Below are positions 39,523-46,599 of a stretch of DNA of 64,000 bases, piece by piece. A model generated the notes under the pieces. It did not search any database, had not been told where the DNA came from, and saw nothing but the letters and a program-made list of their open reading frames with translations. Each line of letters begins with the position of its first letter. Within the stretch, counting starts at the first letter, position 1. The DNA lies in the IMG/VR virus record IMGVR_UViG_3300020576_005620, positions 1-64,000 of that record; one strand, 5' to 3'. Position numbers and translations under genes: made by a program. Origin of the DNA: a virus (lineage: Duplodnaviria > Caudoviricetes).

Positions 39523-39994
39523 TATGGATATAACAGAACTTGAAAGACAAAAAGAACAACTAGAAAAACAATTAGCTGAAATCAATCAAAAGCTTCAAAC
39601 AGATCCAGTTTTTCTTGAATCTTTCTTAAGTTTAGTGGATAAACTAGGTTTTGTTAAACATACTGAGCACAGTAAAAATTCATATAAATTGTTTTCTGAA
39701 GATAGAAGTGTAGTGTGTATTTTGGAAGCCGATTTAGAGAGAGATATATACACTTTTAGCTTTACAGAGATTGAAACTTGTGGCGGTATAAAATCTTATA
39801 CATTAATTTCAAAAGAAAAGTTACTTGACTATCTTAACACACCTTTAACTTTTACTCATTACGAAATTACTGTGAAAGAGAAGTATGAAGAATGGGAACC
39901 TGAAGAAGAGTTTCAAAATACTTTAAAAAACGCATCTAATAATGATGATGAGGAAATAGAAGTCATCAAAACGGTTACTTTCTTTAAAGAGTAA
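39515..39994 (+). CDS. Hypothetical protein
   Basis: 159-aa ORF with N-terminal coiled coil. Confidence 0.5.
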   Translation: MISMDITELERQKEQLEKQLAEINQKLQTDPVFLESFLSLVDKLGFVKHTEHSKNSYKLFSEDRSVVCILEADLERDIYTFSFTEIETCGGIKSYTLISKEKLLDYLNTPLTFTHYEITVKEKYEEWEPEEEFQNTLKNASNNDDEEIEVIKTVTFFKE

Positions 39995-40004
39995 CATTTA
40001 CAAT

Positions 40005-40157
40005 TTCCTATGATCTCGAAAGAGAGTGAAATGGCTCATGCTATGGGTTTACTAGCATACTAAAAACCCTGCATTTTCTACCCTACGAGAACCTTTTGCC
40101 AAAGTTGGGTACAAGCATCCGTATGCAGGTTGATCTTGTAAATTTCTCTCATAGGAA
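40005..40157 (+). ncRNA. Candidate ~150-nt pseudoknotted ncRNA
   Basis: TTCCTATGA/TCATAGGAA closing helix; crossing pairings GGGTTT/AAACCC and TACAAG/CTTGTA. Confidence 0.55.
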
Positions 40158-40250
40158 TAATTGCAAAGAAAGGGTAATGAGCGGGATAGCAAGCTCTCGT
40201 TATTTCCAACCTGTGTCTGTAACTTCATATCAAGACACCTTTGCAGTTAT
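40157..40250 (+). ncRNA. ~90-nt structured RNA, copy 2
   Basis: Near-identical to 37686-37775, with stem-preserving changes. Confidence 0.7.
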
Positions 40251-40252
40251 CT

Positions 40253-40328
40253 GGCCTTGTAGCATAGCGGTTAGTGCGCCATCCTGTCACGGTGGAGTGC
40301 GAGGGTTCGAATCCCTTCAAGGTCGCCA
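40253..40328 (+). tRNA. tRNA-Asp(GUC)
   Basis: GGCCTTG/CAAGGTC, CT-GTC-AC loop, GCCA. Confidence 0.93.
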
Positions 40329-40363
40329 AGTTTTGATTCCCCTAAGTTAGTTGCCTTCTTATA

Positions 40364-40573
40364 ATGAAAGTATACTTAACTTTTTTTCATATTGATTATG
40401 AGAGCACTGTCTGCCTTTCGGTTCACTCCTCTAAAGAGGGTGCAATAAAAAGAATAGAAGAGAGCTTAGTGTCAGATGATAATGGTGACAAATATGAATT
40501 TGACTCTGAATATTGTACGTGGTATCTTAACGGATATTCATATTCAATAGAAGAAGAAGATTTGTTAGACTAG
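40364..40573 (+). CDS. Small acidic phage protein
   Basis: MKVY......DYE......V.SSKE.A pattern. Confidence 0.5.
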   Translation: MKVYLTFFHIDYESTVCLSVHSSKEGAIKRIEESLVSDDNGDKYEFDSEYCTWYLNGYSYSIEEEDLLD

Positions 40574-40860
40574 GGGAATCGAAGGTTTAAGGAGTTGCCA
40601 CTCCTTAGATGAGTTTACGTAGATCTCATACAACTACGAGCCGTGTAAGCTGGCACAAGCTGCCTTTTTGACTCAGGGTTAAGTCTAACTCTAGCGTCCG
40701 CACTCGCGTTAAAGTGATAAGTTGTTTCCTGATTTCTTGCATTAAAGGAAATTAGATCGCTCCCCTAGCGTTCAAGAAAAAAGGGTCGTTTACGTAGGGT
40801 TCTAGAACAACCTGCGTATCTTTGGGGGAATAAATAGTGGCAACTATCCCCCTTACGATT
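40570..40860 (+). ncRNA. Candidate ~290-nt ncRNA with serial pseudoknots
   Basis: CTAGGGGA/TCCCCTAG closing helix; several hairpins whose loops pair with the next segment; 10-nt complement 40593-40602/40836-40845. Confidence 0.65.
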
Positions 40861-40862
40861 TT

Positions 40863-40949
40863 GGAAGGTTGGCTGAGTGGTTAAAGCAACGGTTTGGAAA
40901 ACCGTCACCTCTTAGGGGTGCATAGGTTCGAATCCTATACCTTCCGCCA
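40863..40949 (+). tRNA. tRNA-Ser(GGA)
   Basis: GGAAGGT/ACCTTCC, TT-GGA-AA loop, long variable arm, GCCA. Confidence 0.93.
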
Positions 40950-40960
40950 AGGAGTTACAA

Positions 40961-41359
40961 GTGGAATTAAAAAATCTAAACAAAGAATCAATCGTTTCAA
41001 TAGATGAAATCACAAAAAAGACAGTTGGTGGATTTCTTATAAGGGGTATCGGGTCTCTACTTATTCCCTTTGTTTTGTGGCTCACCTATTGCTGGTTCTG
41101 CAACAAATATAGTACGCCGCAATTTTTTAGCTTTTCAGATTTTATCATAGCTACTACTGCTCTTCTTCTTTTGCAAAATACAGGATATAGCCCTACTCAA
41201 GCAGGTACTGTTGATGTTGCTTCTGATGATCCAAATCAACTGATTAGTAACGTTAAAAAGTACGTAACTCAAGCTTATATGGCACTAGCTATTAAATGGA
41301 TTGTCTCTCCATTAGTGGGCTTAGGAGCTATCTATCTCCTTTTTACTTTCACAAAATGA
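40961..41359 (+). CDS. Three-TM membrane protein
   Basis: GGAG RBS + GTG; three hydrophobic segments. Confidence 0.5.
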   Translation: MELKNLNKESIVSIDEITKKTVGGFLIRGIGSLLIPFVLWLTYCWFCNKYSTPQFFSFSDFIIATTALLLLQNTGYSPTQAGTVDVASDDPNQLISNVKKYVTQAYMALAIKWIVSPLVGLGAIYLLFTFTK

Positions 41360-42168
41360 ATATTCAAAAAGAGATCGTTGAGCATTATAACGAAAAAGTT
41401 TCCAAGAGAGTAGATACAAGAATCAGACGAAGAATTACCTATTGGCAAATGCGGGTTGATTTAGGTGTCTATATAGCTGCGATTATTCTTCTTGGAATCT
41501 TCACAGGTAATGCTGCCTTTTTTGTACTTGCAATATTCATAGCTACTATGGGGGCACTTGCAGTTGGTATTTCATGTTCTGGAGTACGCGTACACTGGGA
41601 TTCTTATTTTGTCCCCATAGGTATATTTTCTTTCTTAGTACCCACTCTCGAAATTAAGAAAGAGAAGAAAAAAGTAGCTATTACACCTAAATCTTTAGCA
41701 GAACCTAGTATTTATTCTAGGGCATTCTGCTACTATTCTGATAAACTAGTTAATGATTATGATTACATCATTAAATCAATAACTAACAAGATCCAAGAAT
41801 GTAATTCTCATCTTGAATCAACTAATGCTTTCTTAAGCAATCCTAATCTGGAAGATAGGCAGGAACTTGCCCAGTTGTTAAAAACCAAGATTGAAGGACA
41901 TCTACAAATTCTTCAAGAGCAAAAAGATTCTGCTGAGTTAGGTCAGGCAGAGCTTAAGAAGGAACTTGGACAATTAAGAGCATCTATTGACCAAAGAGAG
42001 TCTTTGTATGGGCTGGCCGCTACGTACAATTTAGTTGTGTCTACAGAAGAAGATATAGCTCTCTTTTCTAAGAGTCTTGAGAGATTAAATCAAATCAAAC
42101 AAGAGGTCTTTGTCAAGATTAACACAGAGAAAGAGCTTCAAGTATTAAATCTTAAAGCTTTATCTTAA
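41356..42168 (+). CDS. Membrane + coiled-coil protein (paralog 1)
   Basis: MNIQ.EIVE.YN.KV, EPSI.S.AF..YS.KL.NDY.Y.IK and EEDIAL shared with 42185. Confidence 0.6.
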   Translation: MNIQKEIVEHYNEKVSKRVDTRIRRRITYWQMRVDLGVYIAAIILLGIFTGNAAFFVLAIFIATMGALAVGISCSGVRVHWDSYFVPIGIFSFLVPTLEIKKEKKKVAITPKSLAEPSIYSRAFCYYSDKLVNDYDYIIKSITNKIQECNSHLESTNAFLSNPNLEDRQELAQLLKTKIEGHLQILQEQKDSAELGQAELKKELGQLRASIDQRESLYGLAATYNLVVSTEEDIALFSKSLERLNQIKQEVFVKINTEKELQVLNLKALS

Positions 42169-42184
42169 CAGGTGAAATACACAA

Positions 42185-43018
42185 GTGAATATACAGCAAG
42201 AAATCGTCGAGTATTACAATAAGAAAGTACTAGAGGAAAGAAAATCCCTTACGTACTACATAGATATCTATACTATGATATCAGATGTTCTTCTTTACAC
42301 ATTAGTACTTAACTTCCTTATCCCCTCTGGAACAACTGAATGGTGGGTAAACTATATGATTAAACCTGTTGTAATCTTTATGGTTTCTCTTATTGTCTGC
42401 ATAGTAATTTCCTCAGCATCAGGAAAAGTTGTTGGTAGTGGGGGTGGTGACGGCCCATGTGGACCAGTTAGTTACTTTTCTTCTTTCTTTAAAAGAGAAA
42501 AGCAAATTAAAAAAGCTCAAATTACTTCTTTATCTAGTGTAGAACCAAGCATTTTTTCTAATGCTTTTGAGTTCTATTCTTCTAAGTTGGATAATGATTA
42601 TACTTATGTCATTAAACAACTAGGAGAGAAACTTGCTAATATTGATGAACATCAAAAGAAAATAAGAAACTTTAAGCATTTAGATACAAAAAAGGAAGTC
42701 GTTCAACAACTTAATGAAAGACTTTCTTCTCAAAAAGATGTTTTTCTACAACAGCTTACTATTGCGAATCAAGCACGAAGTGAACTGCAAAAAGAGCTAA
42801 ATTCTGTGTTATCTATGTGTCAAGAATCAGAAGAACTTTACTCTATTACACAGACGTATAATCTAATTCATAACAATGAAGAAGATATTGCTCTGATCAC
42901 TAGTGCATTAGAGAGATTAAGCTCTATTAAAGAAGAGGTTATTCTGAAGATTAAATCTGAAGAAGAAGCTATGGCACTTTCTATTATTGAAATGCCACAA
43001 TTAGAGAGAGTTGGCTGA
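42185..43018 (+). CDS. Membrane + coiled-coil protein (paralog 2); stop codon lies inside tRNA-Ser
   Basis: Paralog of 41356; TGA at 43016-43018 is inside the tRNA. Confidence 0.6.
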   Translation: MNIQQEIVEYYNKKVLEERKSLTYYIDIYTMISDVLLYTLVLNFLIPSGTTEWWVNYMIKPVVIFMVSLIVCIVISSASGKVVGSGGGDGPCGPVSYFSSFFKREKQIKKAQITSLSSVEPSIFSNAFEFYSSKLDNDYTYVIKQLGEKLANIDEHQKKIRNFKHLDTKKEVVQQLNERLSSQKDVFLQQLTIANQARSELQKELNSVLSMCQESEELYSITQTYNLIHNNEEDIALITSALERLSSIKEEVILKIKSEEEAMALSIIEMPQLERVG

Positions 43019-43093
43019 GTTGGCTTAAGGCACCGGTCTGCTAAACCGGAGGAGTTTCGGCTCCCACTGGTTCGAATCCAGTACTCTCTGCCA
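43005..43093 (+). tRNA. tRNA-Ser(GCU)
   Basis: AGAGAGT/ACTCTCT, CCGGT-CTGCTAA-ACCGG, long variable arm, GCCA. Confidence 0.93.
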
Positions 43094-43118
43094 ATACTTA
43101 ACTAGAGAGGATAACAAA

Positions 43119-44029
43119 ATGAACTCGCAGGACGCATACTAGGGGTAGTTAACAAACATTTCCTAGAATTTAACTACCCCCTAATAACTAAAAACACTAA
43201 CATACTGCCAGAAGACAAATCTACTTTATTTGTTTGTAGCGGTATGCAGGTAATACAAGATAACTTTACTGATCCGGTTTTGGAAAGGTGTTCTAGTTTA
43301 CAGTCTTGTATCAGAACAAATGACATTGATCTAGTAGGTGATGGGTCGCATCTTACCTACTTTGAAATGTTAGGAAACTTTTCCTTCCAAAACAATGACT
43401 ATGATTCCGCATGTCTAATGTGGAATAGAATCATAAGAGAGCTTCATCTTCCAGTTAGTCATATAACAGTTCATCCTACACAACAAACTCATTCTCTTCT
43501 GTGGAAGGGATTGGGATATCTTGTTGTTGAAGATGATTCTTGTGTATGGTCTAATGGAAATATAGGGGGCTATTGCTGTGAAGTCTTTTGTGATGATCTA
43601 GAAATAGGGAATCTTGTTAACCCATTAGAACACTCTGTGGATGTTGGATTTGGGTTTGAGAGACTTGTTCAAGTCCTTGAAGGCAAGGAAAGAGTTGATG
43701 AAACCTCTATTTTTGATACCTCCCTCCCACCAATATTAAGAGACCATATAAGAACACTGACTTCATTTAACAATGCAAGTGTAGAACCAGGATCTAAAGG
43801 TCCTAACAGTATTTGCAGACAATTAGTGAGAAGAATCATTCAATATGAATCTCCTAATTTACCAAGTTGGTTGAATGTTTGGATTGAAAAGGAGCAAAAA
43901 CTCCTAGAACAAAAGCAGAGTCTTTTAATTAAGTACAAAGATCAATTTGTAAACAAACCATTTGAGTACTGGTACCAAACTTATGGCTTAACTGAGGAAG
44001 AAATAACTCAGTATCTTGGCTCTATTTAG
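43119..44029 (+). CDS. Miniature alanyl-tRNA synthetase catalytic core; N-terminus split across two frames
   Basis: LPEDKSTLFVCSGMQ, SLQSCIRTNDID.VG.GSHLTYFEMLGNFSF, EIGNLV, VDVGFGFERL, DH.RT, PG.KG...I.R.L.RR; no editing or C-Ala domain. Confidence 0.85.
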
Positions 44030-44062
44030 TAGAACTATTTTTAGTTCAAAAGGTAGAGCAAT

Positions 44063-46171
44063 ATGCCAGAACCAAATACTAGTTACGCAAATATACATAT
44101 TGATAATAATGGCAACGTTGCTATTAGTACTACTCAACCGATGACAAACTTCACGGTTGGTGCTCCTTCAGGTATTGTTCTACAGATAGATGGAACAGCC
44201 TCTTTCCGTGATTTAATAGGTGCCGGTACCCGCCTTACCGCCGCATCCAGCGGTGGTGTACTTGTACCTATTAATCTTAGCAGTGCTTCTTTAGCTGTTT
44301 CTGGTACTAACCTTGTTGTTTCAAATCTTGAAGCTTCCAGTTTTAGCACCAATCTAAAAGCAGAGATGAGAGATAACTCTTTCTCAGATCTTGCACTAAG
44401 AAATACAGTAAGTCAAGTTAACCGTGGTCCAGTTGTTATTAGAAACAATTCGGATGTTTATGATGTCTATATCAAAGCTGGTCAGTATGAGTGGTCAAAG
44501 TGGTCCATTAGTCAGAGTGCAGCTGGACGAAGACATGGCATCAAAGAAATCCACATTGAGAATTGGTTTAACTGGGCACCTCTTATGTCTTCAAGCACAG
44601 CTTGGAGAACTGCAGGAAGCAATGTAAGATACAGTGTTAATACCTACGCTATTGGTGGTATTCAGCCTTACTTTACTGATGGCTGTTCTTGTGATGTAAC
44701 TATCACAGGTGAAGGCCCACTCTTCATGTATTTGATGGCAAGAAGTGGTACAGGAAGTAGTGGTACTGTTCAAGCAGCTCTTGTGTCTGGTCCTACTGTG
44801 GACTACGATAACTGGGAGCTCTATCACCACGTTCAGAGTACTGACTCTTATGCACCTGCATTTAGTAGGATTCATCCATATCTTCCATATGGTACATACA
44901 CTGTAAGATTGACACACACCTCGAGTGGTGCTTCTTACCCAGCTGAAGCGTTCCCAATTGCTTTAGGCTTTGCTAATGGTACTCCATATGAGAAAGCAAA
45001 TACTATAGTAAAACACGCACCTACGCTTGCAGGATTCTGCAAGGAAGATGGATCTAGCTATACAAGTATTGTAGCTACAGATATGACTTCTGGTGGTTTA
45101 ACAAACACCGTTAACCACGATTCTCCTAAGGATTTTGACACAGGTGGTCCTTACTACTTTGTTGTTGGTTCACCGACTGGTCACCATGTAAACAAAATAG
45201 AATTGGAGTTCATTGTTGCTAACTCTGGCGGTGGTACGCTTAAGGTGTATTACTGGAATGGATCTGCTTTAGCAGAAGCCAGTCTCCATATGAACACCAT
45301 GGGGTCAATGAACAATGATGGTTATGTGTCATTCTACACCCCTACAGACATTGTTGCAAACACTGTTAATAGTCACACAGGATATCATTACTACTTAAGA
45401 AGTTCTACATCCATGGGTGGTGTGCAGTTCAACAATGTTTGGCTTCATTCACAGGTACCATTCTACCAAGAAGTTAAATATCTCAATCATGAGACTAATT
45501 CTGAATTGGAAATGGTAACTTGTAGATATGAGAATGGTCCTACAAGTAACGAACAGGACATGGGTGGTGGACATGATAACGAAGCTAGAACTTCTTTTGA
45601 TATCCTTGCCGATGGAGTAAGTATTGTTTCTTCACTCACAAATGGAAAGGCTCAGAAAGCACAATCTATTGTCTTTAAGCAGGAACTAAGTTTGTTTACA
45701 AACTTCCAAGTTACTGGATCTGCTGTAGCTCAGTATTCGTTGAGACATGAGATTGGAAGTGGTGGAATTGCTGTTGACTGGTACATGACATACCTTGCAC
45801 AGTCAACTCTTAATCCATTCTACTATCCTTACATGCTCCCCTCAAACATTAATGTGTTTAGCCACATTAACTGGGTTTACTCAGATAGAATAGTAACAAC
45901 CACCCTTCCAACAACTGGTGAAGTTTCTAAAGTTGGTGGAGAGGCAGTTGGTGCTTTCTTTACTTCTACTGAACATAAGTACAGACTAGGTATTTCAACC
46001 CAGTTTGCACAGGAATCAGCGTATAATTATAGAAGTGGTGATACTTGGTTTGTTCTTACTATAAACCCGTATTCCAAGATTTACTGTCATGGATCTGGAA
46101 ACACTAATGGTTACATTACTGTTCCAGCTAACCATACAATCTTTGGTAAATCTTTCTATTATTGTTATTAA
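44063..46171 (+). CDS. Large beta-rich protein, possibly a tail fibre or receptor-binding protein
   Basis: 702 aa, rich in G/S/T/N/Y; N-terminal IDNNGNVAI.TT.P segment typical of fibre-like proteins. Confidence 0.45.
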   Translation: MPEPNTSYANIHIDNNGNVAISTTQPMTNFTVGAPSGIVLQIDGTASFRDLIGAGTRLTAASSGGVLVPINLSSASLAVSGTNLVVSNLEASSFSTNLKAEMRDNSFSDLALRNTVSQVNRGPVVIRNNSDVYDVYIKAGQYEWSKWSISQSAAGRRHGIKEIHIENWFNWAPLMSSSTAWRTAGSNVRYSVNTYAIGGIQPYFTDGCSCDVTITGEGPLFMYLMARSGTGSSGTVQAALVSGPTVDYDNWELYHHVQSTDSYAPAFSRIHPYLPYGTYTVRLTHTSSGASYPAEAFPIALGFANGTPYEKANTIVKHAPTLAGFCKEDGSSYTSIVATDMTSGGLTNTVNHDSPKDFDTGGPYYFVVGSPTGHHVNKIELEFIVANSGGGTLKVYYWNGSALAEASLHMNTMGSMNNDGYVSFYTPTDIVANTVNSHTGYHYYLRSSTSMGGVQFNNVWLHSQVPFYQEVKYLNHETNSELEMVTCRYENGPTSNEQDMGGGHDNEARTSFDILADGVSIVSSLTNGKAQKAQSIVFKQELSLFTNFQVTGSAVAQYSLRHEIGSGGIAVDWYMTYLAQSTLNPFYYPYMLPSNINVFSHINWVYSDRIVTTTLPTTGEVSKVGGEAVGAFFTSTEHKYRLGISTQFAQESAYNYRSGDTWFVLTINPYSKIYCHGSGNTNGYITVPANHTIFGKSFYYCY

Positions 46172-46188
46172 CAAAGACTACTAAATTT

Positions 46189-46537
46189 GGGGCTGTCAGG
46201 CTTCGATGGTGTACTAGATACCTTAGTTGCAGGGCGTGGATGTATCCTTGGCCACGTAAAAATGGATATAAAAAATAAGCGACAAATCATACGCTTTCTT
46301 GGGTTAATTACCTAAGCCGCTGAAAGATGGACGAGTTAGAGTACTCTGATGCGGACGAATTGAACTAACTAAGCTCAAAAACTTTTGTTTAAGGTTGGGA
46401 GTCGAAAATTGAATTAAACAAGACTTCAGATAGGTTTGTCCTTCCCAAAATCTGATTTTACTAAATAAGGAAAAACTCTGTAGTAGCTGACGTTGAAGGT
46501 AGATCAGAAGGGGGTTCGATTCCCCCCAGCTCCACCA
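46189..46537 (+). ncRNA. ssrA: tmRNA
   Basis: GGGGCTG...TTCGA 5' end, GGGGG-TTCGATT-CCCCC-CAGCTCC-ACCA 3' end with G3.U70; tag frame GAC AAA TCA TAC GCT TTC TTG GGT TAA (46281-46307). Confidence 0.95.
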
Positions 46538-46568
46538 AATTTTAAATGGTTAAAATCCATTAAACTTT

Positions 46569-46596
46569 AGGGGTCCCAATTGGGACCCCCTTTTTT
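46569..46596 (+). terminator. Intrinsic terminator after the tmRNA
   Basis: GGGGTCCC-AATT-GGGACCCC followed by C and T6. Confidence 0.85.
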
Positions 46597-46599
46597 ATC

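Noticed and set aside
40096-40350. 84-aa ORF in the track
   Set aside because: It overlaps two structured RNAs and tRNA-Asp, so it is likely spurious.
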